In this document: piece after piece, positions 1 through 16,440 of the stretch
Layout: each line of letters opens with the position of its first letter
How positions within the stretch are numbered: position 1 is the first letter of the stretch
NCBI RefSeq assembly: GCF_009914755.1
Contig: NC_060934.1
Reading direction: 5' to 3' (one strand)
Source: the human T2T-CHM13v2.0 reference genome, Homo sapiens
DNA: 64,000 nt
The notes under the pieces: generated by a model
What the model was told of the DNA's origin: nothing
What the model saw: the letters and a program-made list of their open reading frames with translations, nothing else
Database searches by the model: none
Position numbers and translations under genes: made by a program

Positions 1-1164
1 TTTTGACTGTATGACTTCTGTATGCTTTTTTTTTCATTTAGAGAATTTACTTAAGTGAAATATGAGTTACTCTATGTAGTAGTATTGGAAGAAAAAGGAA
101 TTTGAAGGTCACAAATAGATTACAGAGAAGTAGCAGCTAATTTTGCATATTTTTACGGTGAAGCCATCGGAAAAATGAGGCCAAGTAAGGGCAAAGCCAT
201 CCATATGTTAGGAATGTATTTGAAAGGCTTCTTAGCCAGAAAAGGGGTCTGAAAGATGAGGAGAAGGCTGATAACAAGTGTTTGGGTGCTAAGTTGCTTT
301 TGATCATGAGCATGAGGGATAAGCTAAGTGAAGGGTATCCAAAACATTCCCTCTCATGCATCTAAGTTATTCTGCATCTCTGCAACTGCAGTGAGTCAGC
401 AATTTTGTGATAGAAAATCAGATGAGACTAGAGGGGAATACATTTAAGTGTGCACATTATTTGAAACAAAGCAAAATGAATTGACAAGCATCTCATGTAA
501 ATTTTGAAAACAAAACAACAACAAAAAATCACCATAGCCATGTAAAGTTTCTGCCCAGCAATATATGATAAATCATAATTAATAATGAATGACTTGTTAT
601 TTCTAATTTCACATGTATATAAAATCATTAATTTTTTATTTAGTGTGTCATACTGTTTTAAATAACATCAAATTATGTATAAATCAATGTGAACTTTATT
701 TTTTGATAAACTTACTCTTCAAAAAGGTCTTATTAAACTGTTCACCTATAAATTATGCTGTACGAAAAAATGGGCTTTCTTATGAAGTCTTAGAAGTTAG
801 AAAGAATACCTACTTAAGGCAATATGAAATTTCTTTTAGTGTTTTAGTTAAGACCGTCAAGAATTTAAAATTGATTAGTAAATTTTTTATAATACCTGTA
901 CCAAACCCTTACTTGAGATTTATTTTTAAGTAGTTTGGTAGTGTTACATGTTTTTGTTATTACATTATTACATATTCTGTTCTTGTTACTTTGGGTAAGA
1001 AAATCACTGAGGGTCAGATTGGATGCACAGAGGAAATCTCACTGATTTGGGAACCAGCAGCTATGGAAGACAGGACTGTTCTGGCACTGATCAGCCGAGT
1101 GAGCTTCACTTCTCTGCTGACTTCATTTCCTCTATCTGTACTTGAAAGATTCATGAAGAACTAC

Positions 1165-1350
1165 TGTTGACTGAGCCCCTGCTCTGTGCCAGGCAGCATT
1201 ATTGCCAATCTCTGCAACAATATACACCTGGGCATTATGACTCCCATCTTATAAATGAAGAAACTGAGGCTCAAAGGTTGAACAACTTGCCCAAGATCTC
1301 ACAGCTAATAAATGGTTAATACCAAAGTTCCAGACCATGTAGTGATCAAA
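1165..1350 (-). mobile_element. MIR (ancient SINE) remnant
   Basis: MIR core motifs cccatcttataaatgaagaaactgaggctcaaagg…aacttgcccaagatctcacagcta; boundaries approximate. Confidence 0.75.
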
Positions 1351-2758
1351 TCTATGTGGTTTAATCCATCAGTTTGTAATTCTCTAACTTACATACATTT
1401 TACTTTGGGAGTCTCTGCCATGACCTTATCTCTTCATTTTTATGAAAATAGCTTTTTTATTGCTGAGAATTCTCCTAAAAACCTAAAATTGATTTTAACT
1501 AACCACATTTTATATAATTGTGCCTTGACAAATTTTACTAAATTTGATTGATTTTTAAATATTTTATCACAGATCTTCTTAACATAAGCTAACTACATGC
1601 AGTCTTTCAAACTGGATATAGTCTATTCTTTTCCATTTATGTAATTGTTAATAAAATTATTGAAAGATAGTGTCCTCATACCTCTCAATGTTAAGATTCT
1701 CTTTAGGATCACCTTTTACATCTTTTTTTCCAATCCATATTGTGTAATTATTTTATCAGGTGTTTGTCAGGTTTCATATGAAGTCCCTCTGTCCATGAAT
1801 TTCTCATTGAAATAGCATAATTAAAAATAAAAAAGTACAGCTCATAAGTTTGTTATCCTGCTTGCATTGGTATATCTTTTTTAAAAGGATATAGATTTAT
1901 ACAGTCTTGGTTTGTCATTCAAACTTATGCTAGTTCATCTCTTTCAAAATATAGTTCTATTGCTCTCTCATATTTTCCTCATAGATGCTGGGTCCAACTA
2001 TATAAAAGTATATTTATCTTCAGAGGTTTCTTTTGTAATAGAAGGTCTAAATGTTGTAAGTCTGAAGAAATCAGCAGTGACCAAAAAAATAGCTGCCTTG
2101 TTTTAGCAAGATGTACATTAATTTCCCCAGAGGCTAAAAATGCTTAAAAAATATAAATGAAGTACTTAGTCCCCATAGAATCAGGAAAATAATAATAAGC
2201 CATTTTAATTACTTCTAAAAATGCAGCCTTGAGCATTCTTCTCTTCTTATTACATCCAGTGACTTAGCTTCCTCTGGGTGCTTATATCCCAGGCAAATCT
2301 TCTATGGCAATTACAACTGTGCTTCATCTTATGCTTCTATACTTGGCATCCAAACATGGAATTTAGAAATTGACTTTGATGTAATTTGATAGAAATGAGT
2401 ATAATATAATTTGACATATTTTTTTGTCTATGGGTTTGATATCTGGCTGTTATAAACCTCCATAAGTCAGTTCTGAAAGTTTACAAAGTGGGGAAGTTGG
2501 GATGGAAATGGAGTAAGGTAGAATATACTCACCTCTATTGTAAACTTGGGAGGTATATTGATTAGGGTTTATGGGTTCCAAACCAGAGAGTTAGGCTCAA
2601 TGATAACTCCCCCAGCTTTATATTCATCTGCAAAAATTATAAGATACAGTTTTTGATGATTATATGCATCAGCTGGTGCCAAATAAAAACTCATTAAAGA
2701 ATATTAGTTAAAGGAAGGGCTTTGTTTAGACTTATTGCATAATATTTGCATATTATAA

Positions 2759-3077
<319 letters not shown>

Positions 3078-3307
3078 TAAAATCATAGATTTTCTAATAG
3101 TTGAGTTGACACGAAGGTTTTTAAAATTTATTTATTAAAGTATATTACATAGTAATAAATGACTACCTCTCCTTCAAAGATATTAACATATTTCCAGATA
3201 AGTTGATCTATCCCCAAATCTACCCTTTTCTCTGGAAACAAACAAACAAACATTGTTATCAACTTAGTATGTATCCTCCAGACATCTATTTAGTATGTAT
3301 ATGTACA

Positions 3308-5980
3308 CAGACATACCTTGTTTTATTGTGCTTTGCTCTATTGTGCTTGACAGATACCATGTGTCTTACAAATTAAAGGTTTGTGGCAACTCTACATTGA
3401 GAAAATCTATCATAGCCATTTTTCCAACAGCATGTGCTCACTTTGTATCTCTGTGTCACATTTTGGTAATTCTTGCAATATTTCAGCAAATGCTTTTAGT
3501 ATTATCATATCTGTGATCACTGATCTTTGATGTTACTATTGTAATTGTTTTGGAATGCCATGAACCGCACCCACATAAGACGGTGAACTTAAGTGATCAA
3601 TGTTGAATGTGTTCTGTCTGCTCCACCAACTAGCAATTCCTCCATCTTTCTCCCTCTCCTCAGCCCTCCTTATTCCCTGAGACATAACAATGTTGAAATT
3701 AGGCCAATTAATAATCCTACAATGGCCTTTAGTGTTCAAGTGAAAGGAAGAGTCACATATCACTCACTTTAAATCAAAAGCTAGAATTGATTAAGCTTAA
3801 TAAGAAAGACATAGTGGAGGCTGGGATAGGCTGAAAACTAGGCCTCTTGCACTAACTAGCCGATTTGTAAATGCAAAGGAAAAATTGATGGGAATTAAAA
3901 ATGCTACTCCAGTGAACACATGTATGATAAGAAAGCAAAACAGGCTTATTGCTGATATGGAGAAAGTTTGAGTACTCTAGATAGAAGATTAAACCAGTCA
4001 CAACACTGCCTTAAGCCAAAGCCTAATCCAAAGCAAGGGCCTAACTCTCTTCAATTCTGTGAAGGCTGAGAGAGTTGAGGAAACTACAGAAGAAAAGTTA
4101 GAAGCTAGCAGTGGTTGGTTCGTGAGGTACAAGGAAAGCAGCCATCTCTATAACATAAAAGTGTAAAGTGAAGCAGCAAGTGCTGATGGAGAAGCTGCAG
4201 CACGTCACTCAGAAGATCTAGCTAAGATCATCAATGAAGGTAGCTACATGAAACAACAGATTTTCAATATTGATGAAATAGCCCTCTACTGGAAGAAGAT
4301 GCCATCTAGGACTTTCTTTTTTTTTTTTTTTTTGAGATGGAGTCTTGCTCTGTTGCCCAGGCTGGAGTGCAGTGGTGTGATCTTGGCTCTTGCAACCTCC
4401 ATCTCCCGGGTTCACGCCATTCTCCTGCCTCAGCCTCCCGAGTAGCTAGGACTACAGGTGCCTGCCACCACGCCCGGCTGATTTTTTTGTATGTGTGTAT
4501 TTTTAATAGAGACGGGGTTTCACCATGTTAGCCAGGATGGTCTCGATCTCCTGACCTTGTGATCCACCCACGTTGGCCTCCCAACGTGCTGGGATTACAG
4601 ACATGAGCCACCACGCCAGGCCAGGACTTTCATAGCTAGCGAGGAGAAGTCAATGCCTGGCTTCAAAACTTCAAAGGAAAGATTGACCTTTTTGTTAGGG
4701 GCAAATGCAACTAGTGACTTTAAGTTAAAGCCAATGCTCATTGACTGTTCTGAAAATCCTGCGGGCCTTAAGAATCATGCTAAACCAACTCTGCCTGTGC
4801 TGTAGAAATGTAACAACAAAGCTTGGATGTGATAGCACATCTATTTATAGCATGATTTACTGGATATTTTAAGCCCACTGATGAGACTTCTCAGAAAAAG
4901 ATTCCTTTCAAAATATTACTGCTCATTGACAATGCACATAGTCACCCAAGAGGTCTGATGGAGATATGCAAGGAGATTAATGTTGTTTTCATGCCCACTA
5001 ACACAGCATTCATTCTGCTGCCCATGGATTAAGGAGTTAGACTTTCACATCTTCTTATTTAAGAAACACATTTTGTAAGGCGATCGTTGCCATAGTGATT
5101 CTTCTGATAGATCTGGGCAAAGTAAACTGAAAACCTCTGGAAAGGATTCACCATTCTAGATGCCATTGAGAACATTTATGATTCATGGGAGATCAAAATA
5201 TCAACATTAACAAGAGTTTGGAAAACATTGATTCTAACCCTCATGGATGACTTTGAGGCGTTCAAGACTTCAGTGAAGAAACTAACTGCAGATATGGTGA
5301 AAATAGCAAGAGAATTAGAATTAGCAGTGTAGCCTGAACATGTGTCTGAGTTACCATAATCTCATGATAAAACTTGAATGAATGAGGAGTTGCTTCTTAT
5401 GGATGAGCAAACAAGTAGTTTTTTCAGACGGAATCCACTCCTGGTGAAGATGCTATGGACATTGTTGAAATGACAACAAAGGATTTAGAATATTACATTA
5501 TTATAGTTAAGAGGATTGACTCCAATTTTGAAAGAACTTCAACTGTAGGTAACATGCTATCAAACAGCATCACATGCTACAAAGAAATCTCTCATGAAAG
5601 GAAGAGTCGACTGGTACAGCAAACTTCATTGTTTTCTTATTTTAAGAAATTGCCACAACCATCTGAAGCTTCAGTAGCCACCACCCTTATCAGTCAGCAG
5701 CCATCAACATGGAGGCAAGACCCTCCACCAGCAAAAAGATTAGAACTTGATGAAGCCTCAGATGATTATTAGCATTTTTTAGCCATAAAGTATTTTTTTC
5801 CTTAAGGCAAGTACATTATTTTTTAGACATAATGCTATTGCATTCTTAATAGCCTATAGTGTAAATTTAACTTTTATATGCACTGGGAAACCACAAAATT
5901 TGTGTGATTCACTTTATTTTGATACTTGATTTATTGCTGTGGTCTGAAACCAAACCCAAAATATTTCTGAGGTTTGTCTG
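3308..5980 (+). mobile_element. Tigger1 DNA transposon (pogo/TcMar), near full length, decayed transposase, interrupted by an Alu
   Basis: 5' end cagacataccttgttttattgtgc matches Tigger1 CAGGCATACCTCGTTTTATTGCG; transposase start atggcctttagtgttcaagtgaaaggaagag at ~3722; fragment [21 protein letters not shown]; 3' end aatatttctgaggtttgtctg; ~2.36 kb without the Alu. Confidence 0.93.
4317..4622 (-). mobile_element. Alu (AluY/Sc-like) inserted in the Tigger1 transposase ORF
   Basis: TSD aggactttc at 4308-4316 and 4623-4631; diagnostic ttcacgccattctcc and gttagccaggatggtctcgatctc. Confidence 0.95.
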
Positions 5981-6018
5981 GATGGATGGATGGATGGATG
6001 GATGGATGGATGGATGGA
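5981..6018. repeat. (GATG)n tetranucleotide microsatellite
   Basis: About 9 perfect GATG units directly after the Tigger1 end. Confidence 0.95.
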
Positions 6019-8443
6019 CAGATATATAGATGAGGTATGCCTGGATACATAGAGAAAATGTGTAGTGTTGTTTTATGTATATGTGTTTTGTATAAATAGT
6101 GTCATACTGCGTATTACTGATCATCTTTCAATTAAGATTTTTTATAAGTTTCCCAGTTAACAACTCTGGTTATAGTTTCATATCACCATTTCTTTCTATC
6201 TCAGGCATAACTAGGAAGGAGATGACTTTTTTTCTTGGTCTCTGTTATTTTGCTCATTGTCTCTCTCATCCATCTTCAATTTTCAACCACCGCCCCCACC
6301 CCCATACACACTTAGTGTCTTTTCTGTCCTTCCTCACCCTACCAGTGAGACTCTAAACAAGATTCCTATATTTTGCTTTGAACTTGTCAATGTATTACTT
6401 ACAAAATTGTATATTAATCCTTGGTACCAAGCATAAAATAAAAGGCTCTGTGCCAGTTAAAAGATTTTCTAGTACCAATAAGACAGTGGAGGAAATATGT
6501 TGGGGAGCATGGATCTCTTCTCTGTCCTAAAATCTCACCTATTAGGTTCCTTCTCATTCTGTGAGGCCACAAAGGCAGCTCTTCCAAATAATATTTTGAA
6601 AGAAAAAAAGTGCGCATTTTGAACAGGACTTACATTTTATTATGGAACCACTTGTCAGAGTTCCAATTTATAATCTGAAATTATGGGCTCCTCTGCTTAG
6701 CCAGGAGCAAGGCAGTGAACTCCTAAGAAAATTATTCAACAATTACAAATGAAAAGGAGACAGATTATCTGCTCTGAGAATATATAAAAGCACGTACTCC
6801 TGCTACTGTTATGTGGTGGTGATGGTTGTGACACTGCTACTGAGCCTACTGGACATAAAATCTTAGAAGATATTGCAGGATGGAAGAGGCCATCAAACCA
6901 CAGCATGACCACAGCCCTGGGAAGGTCCCCCACTCGAGGCATTCATCTCCTCTTGGGTCATTTTGGATCCCAAGCATTAAACAAAATTTGACTGTTAGTG
7001 ATATATTCTTTCTAGTTTTCAAATTCATCATCCTGGTGCTGTTCTCTACCTTGAAGAATACGTATCTACTTATTAAGCACCAGGTACAATGCCAGCCATT
7101 TTGCATACTTCATATTTAATAAATCTGTCAGATTTAATAAGGTAAAGATTAAAATACCCGTTTTATGGGTGAGACCATTGAAGTTCCAGGTGGCCCAACA
7201 CAAAGTGGTTATTTCATAATTCAAATTGAGATGGAGTTAACTCCAAAGTCTGTCTTCTTCATCGTACCTTGCAGCAGCTTTTCATGTCCTCTTGTTCAGC
7301 CAACCAATAGCATACAAATTATTTTACAGACAGTCATGTATAATATTTTGGATTTTCATTTTTTGTGTCTTTTTTGGAATGTTTAAAAAATAAGCTTCAT
7401 AATTAGGCATACTATGCAAATGTACCTTGCCACTTTGGAAATTCTGCCAGCCAAAACCCATTTAAATGCTTGCTGATAGAAATTTTCTTTTCACCAAAAG
7501 CGTCTTCTATCTAACATAATGACCAATAGCAAGAAGCCACTCAAATAATCAAGGCTGTTCACTGACTAAACTTGTTTCTCTATTCCCAAATTCTTAAATT
7601 AATGCAAGCCCTGAGTTTTTTTTTGAGGGTTACACAAAGTATTTCTATATCTTTAACAATACCCCACAGGGATTTTTGGAAGGGGAATTAGAATTTTTTC
7701 TCCCTGGCTATCCAGTTGTCTGATAGTGCTTTTATATAATGCAGTATTGTGGTTTGGCCTTTCAGAATTTTTTTATTGTTACAAAATTAATTGTTACTAC
7801 TGCAAATTATTTTCCTGTTAAGATATTTACACCACGTGTAATTTCTGTATACATTTTGTATTATATTTAGTGAAAACACAGCATGCCTAAAATGACCTGT
7901 TTTTGTGTTTGCAGTATTAATTGATATATTTGCTCTATATTGATACTTGAATTCATTAAAGCAAAATTTATTGTAGAAAATAAGATTGATTTTACTGGTC
8001 TTTTATTTCTTGCTTCAATTCTAAGAATTTTGCTTGGAGAAGATAATGCTATTTTAAGTCTAACAAAATATCTTAAGGTTATTAGATATATTCATGCTTA
8101 GCAAACTATTCAGAAATTTATTTGAAAATCAAATCAACTAATTCTTTTGAATTTTGAGTAAAGAATAACATGTATGCATGTTCACAAGGTGAGATACCCT
8201 TGTTATTTAATGTGATTTATATTGTGCACATAGCGAAGCTGTGTTTGTGAGTTTTAGGGGTTATATTTTAGCATGGTGGGAGATACGCAGACTTCAAGAC
8301 CTTGTGCATGTGCTTTTTTTACCCACCAACACTATCCCACAGGTATTTGTGAAATAGTTTAGGAATGGCATTCAGTATGCACTGGTGGCTCATATTTTAG
8401 AAATACAGGCAAGATCTCGTTTGTAAATTTTGTGGATTGAAAG

Positions 8444-8934
8444 TGAGGGACTAAGTGGCTAAGTTGGCTGTTCTTCCTGGGTCAATAGGGACTTCCTTAA
8501 AGGGACTTTCCCCTAAGCCAAAATAGCTGCAAGCTGAGGGCTTGAAACTTCAACCAATCAAAGGGGAGTTTAAGCTCTAGCTGCAGCCTGATGTTTTTAA
8601 CCCATCAGGCCCACCAACTCACAGGCGGATAGAAAATAAGCTAATTCTACAGGACAGAAAAAGGAAAAGGGGAGGGGTCATAAGGGGATATAAGCATAAG
8701 ACACCCAAGCCGGAAACAGCAACCCTTCCGGGTCCCTTTTCGCCGTGCGGAAGCTTCACTTTCACTTTCATTTTAATAAATCTTGCCACCGCACACTCTT
8801 TGGGTCTGTGTATTTGTCTAATCAAGCTGTAACCCTCGCCGCTGTGGTCCACGGTTTCATTCCCTGAAGCCCGTGAGACCACGAACCCTTCGATCGAGAA
8901 AAGACCTTCAATCGGGAGAAGACTTCTCGTCTCA
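8444..8934 (+). mobile_element. ERV1-class solo LTR (491 bp; exact family uncertain, ERV9/LTR12/LTR21-like U5), sense to GPR158
   Basis: TG…CA termini, 4-bp TSD aaag (8440-8443, 8935-8938), CCAAT 8554, TATA-like tataa 8689, AATAAA 8775-8780, U5 motif ttcattccctgaagcccgtgagaccacgaaccc. Confidence 0.88.
8502..8511 (+). promoter_or_regulatory. Canonical NF-kB site GGGACTTTCC within the LTR U3 (near-site GGGACTTCCT at 8488-8497)
   Basis: Exact match to the Ig-kappa/HIV kB decamer; function untested. Confidence 0.55.
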
Positions 8935-9229
8935 AAAGTATCTTCAAGATAGTGTTCTTAGCTGCTCAGGCTTTTTAATGATACAAATTTTAGAGAACAA
9001 AATCTCATGCAGCCACTGGCGATATTATTAAGCCTATCAACACCTTTATAATCAGTCTTTTTGCATGTTCTAGTTTTTTACCCACCTGAATACTAACCAA
9101 TTTTCATTAATTTATTTAATTTCCCCCAAAGAATGCTGTCCTACTGCATTGTGGCATTTTCACAATAGCGTGAATTCTCCAGGCTTAGAAATGTAAGTTA
9201 GTAATGACGTTTTTATTTTGTTTTTTCAG

Positions 9230-9298
9230 AGCATCCGGGCATCGGGCCTTATCCTGTTGGAAACGATCCTTTTTGGATCTCTGCTCCTATACTTTCCA
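9230..9298 (+). CDS. GPR158: Internal coding exon (69 nt, phase 0/0) of G-protein-coupled receptor 158, encoding SIRASGLILLETILFGSLLLYFP (ICL1 + TM2); probably exon 5
   Basis: Acceptor ttttattttgttttttcAG (AG 9228-9229) with a branch-like taatgac at 9202-9208; donor GTAAGT at 9299-9304; 23 open codons with CpGs retained. The peptide matches my recollection of GPR158 (…KAK/SIRASGLILLETILFGSLLLYFP/VVIL…). Too short for the ORF track. Confidence 0.93.
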
Positions 9299-9366
9299 GT
9301 AAGTAACAGAATTTTGTTTTTAAAGTAGAAATTTATTTTATGTTGCATACTATAAAGTTACTGTTT

Positions 9367-9390
9367 ACACACACACACACACACACACAC
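9367..9390. repeat. (AC)n microsatellite
   Basis: About 12 AC units, ~70 bp downstream of the exon donor. Confidence 0.95.
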
Positions 9391-9395
9391 CCTGG

Positions 9396-10901
9396 TGTTA
9401 CTAGGAAGTGTGGAGGTTTTGGCTCTTGTCTTACTTGAAAGAAAGAATTTGGCCAAGAGACAATTAGTAAAGTAAGCAAAGGTTTATTGAAGGAAGTTGT
9501 TGATTAAAAGAGTCAAACTCTAAAATATTTGAAGAGATTTAATCTGAGCCAAATATGAGTGACCATGGCCCCTGACACAGCCCTCAGGAGGTCCTGAGAG
9601 CATGTGCCCAGGGTGGTTGGGGTGCAGCGTGGTTTTATACATTTTAGGGAGGCATGAGACTTCAATCAGATTCGAGCAATACGTTGGTTTGGTCCAGAAA
9701 GGCAGGACAATTTGAAGTGTGGGGGACTTCCAGACTATAGGTAAATTTAAACATTTTCTGGTTGACAATTGGTTGAATCTGTCTAAAGAACTGGGATCAA
9801 TAGAAAGGAAATGTTCAAGTTAAGATAAAAGACTGTGGAGACCAAGGTTCTTTTGAAGTCTCATAGTGGCTGCCCTTAGAGACAATAGATGACAGATGTC
9901 TCCTATTCGGACTATTAAAAGGTGCTAGCCACTCAGTATCTTCAGGATTGGGAGGGCCTGGAAGAAAAACATCTAGCTATGTTAATAGAGACTCTTACAG
10001 ATGAAAATTTGCCCCCACAAAGGACGACTTTGAAGGACCATTTCAAAATATGGCACAGAAACATGTTCTAGGGTAAAAATATTATGATTTTCTTCTTTGT
10101 CACATACTGTTACGCCAGAGTCAGATTGGAAAGTAACTCATGAGATAGAGGGTTAAATAAAACCTATCTAATGAGAATTTATGGTTTGTAGGGCATGACT
10201 CCCCAGACCCCTTAGATAGGAATTTGGGCAAGATAAAAATCGGAGCTTGGTCCTCAAAGTACACGTCAAGAGAAGAGTGGGCTGGTCTGGGTGGAAAGTA
10301 GTAGCAGAGAACAGTACACTCGGAAAGATGGGGCAAAGCGGGCTGCTTGAAAGAGGATGAGCCAGCAGCTCTAACAGTTCTGCATTGCTGATTTTATTAT
10401 GTCAGACCCTTTAAGTTCCTGTCTGTGTCTCAAGTCTCTGCCTTTGTCTCTGACTAGTTTCCCGCTTCTGCCTCAAGTCCCCACCCAGTTCCCGCCCCAG
10501 GTTTGTAGAATTCTCCCTTGCTGTCTGTTGATGTACATGTACTGCCTAGCATTAGATATGAATTCTGCCTAATGGCAGCATTGCTCCGTACCACCATCCC
10601 AGGAAGGTCGTATCGTGGTTAAATCTGTACTTATTGCACCTGCGTATCTCTTAGGAATTTCTCCTTTGCCCTCTTTCCCTCTTCTCAGCATGTAGCTAGC
10701 TACATTCTGACAGGTTAACTGCAGAATGAGTGATCATTGGGCATCTTAAGGAGTGTTTGGGGGCGTTCCTTTCTGCATAGGTATTTCCCCTCTCTCTGCT
10801 CATATCTATCATGCAACTTCTGGGGTGCGAAATTTTTTGGACTTCCCTTTTTCAGGGGCTCCCCACTCCTGCTCATGTCTGGCTATCTGCCTACTCTAAC
10901 G
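9396..10901 (-). mobile_element. ERV1 solo LTR (MER50/MER87-like), split by a nested MER4 LTR
   Basis: Right end reverse-complements to (c)GTTAGAGTAGGCAGATAGCCAGACATGAGCAGGAG; left part tgttactagg…tttattg carries a minus-strand polyA-like signal; ~740 bp without the insert. Confidence 0.75.
9498..10256 (-). mobile_element. MER4-family (MER4D/E-like) solo LTR nested in the previous LTR
   Basis: tgttgattaaaagagtcaaactc…ctgagccaaatatgagtgacc…gggcaagataaaaatcggagcttggtcctca; TSD aagt at 9494-9497 and 10257-10260. Confidence 0.9.
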
Positions 10902-10917
10902 CAAATTCTTTACAGGT

Positions 10918-11110
10918 ATTTAAATCCTGGTTTTTACCATTTGAATGACCTTAGACAAGTTACCTAACATTCCTAAACCTTGTTTTTTCTTATAAAATGG
11001 AGCTAATTATACTTTTCTTCCCAAATTTGTGAGGAAGGTTAAATGCTTAAGTGTGACTGCATATGAAAGGCAAAGTTGGTATGTATGCGTAATATATTCA
11101 AGTAAGTATC
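10918..11110 (+). mobile_element. MIR remnant
   Basis: aaatcctgg…gaccttagacaagttacctaac…taaaatggag. Confidence 0.7.
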
Positions 11111-11619
11111 GCTTTCCTTCTTCCTTCTCCTCTACCTGAATCAGAACCATGAGACACACCAATTAATGTTGGAAAAATTGAAATTGTTACATAGTAAAAT
11201 AAGCATGATGAAATAAATGTATGTATGGTGCTAGTGGCTTAGGTAATCATAGTGGACGCTAGCATACCAGTAACATGTCTGAAACCAGAAGATAAGTACT
11301 GACTTTACAAGTTCAACTCAGCCAACTTACGTTCAGTGGTTATTGTGTGCCAAGCACTGTGCTAATTTCTGGGAATACTCTATCAGCAAGACAAACTTGA
11401 TTTCTCCTTTCAAGAAGCTTACAGTGTAGAGGAAGAGATGAGTTAATGCAAACAATGATAATACAATGTGACAAACACTAAGAAAGCAGTAAAGACAGGA
11501 TGCTGTGGAGGCACTTAGGAGAGATACCTAATCAAGTTTAGGGAATAAAATATCCCTTGGCAGAGACCTGAAAGGTGAGTAGGTGTAAGAGAAGGAAAGG
11601 TACGGCTGCCGGGACATCA

Positions 11620-12710
<1,091 letters not shown>

Positions 12711-12798
12711 CAATGTGTAGATCGAGTGTTCTTTATTCAGGTCTCGAATTAATTTTTCTATTTATTCTTAAAATAGAGATATATTTACATATAATCAG

Positions 12799-13131
12799 TG
12801 CTGTGATCTGACCATGTACTCCAAAATGTATGTGTTAGAAACTTAATCTCCAATGCAATGTTGTTGAGAAGTGGGGTATTTTCGGAGGTGTTTAGAGCCC
12901 TCATGTATGGGTGAATGCCCTTAACATGTAAAAGAGCTCGGTGGAGGGAGTTTGGCCCTTTTTGTTCTTCTCCCTTCCACCCAGCAAGAAGGCCTTCACC
13001 AGAAACCGGATGCTGACACTTTGATCTTGCATTTTTCAGCCTCCAACACTGTGAGAAATAAATTTGTATTCTTTGTAAATTACCCAGTCTCAGGTATTTT
13101 GTTGTTATAGCAGCACAAACAGACTAAGACA
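12799..13131 (+). mobile_element. MaLR LTR (MST-type)
   Basis: tgctgtg…agaaataaatt…ttatagcagcacaaacagactaagaca; 5-bp TSD atcag. Confidence 0.85.
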
Positions 13132-13530
13132 ATCAGTATTAATTTTTTCATAAAGTCATCCATATTAAGTTTTCTAATTTTCTAGCATAGAGTTATGCAT
13201 AATAATTAGTAACAGAAGCAATGCAGCAGTATAAAGACTGAGTGTTTATTGTTGGTACACTTCCTGTATAAATGGAGTGTCATGCATCTTAACATTTAAT
13301 CTTTCCCACAGAACCCTAGGGCAGATATTTAACCAAAGTCATCAGATCACCTAATAAAGAATGAAATATCTGAAATGACCTCAGTAACCTGATGAAAATT
13401 TTTAATTATCTGAATATCTGTTGCTACTATAATCTTTTTTTTGAACCTCTGCTATTTTAAAATCAATTTTCCACCCAGTAGCCAGAGGGATTTAAAAATG
13501 TCAAATCTAGGCTGTCACCTCTTTGATGTC

Positions 13531-16333
<2,803 letters not shown>

Positions 16334-16440
16334 CTTTGCCCATCTCCCCAGCCTCATCTTATATTACCTTTCTTCTCACTTTCTACTCTCCAACCACCCT
16401 GACCTTATTTCAGTTTTCAGATAAAACATGATCTCTTTCA

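Noticed and set aside
3722-5772. Domesticated Tigger/TIGD1-like transposase gene
   Set aside because: The frame has multiple stops and frameshifts and an Alu insertion; it is a decayed Tigger1 copy.
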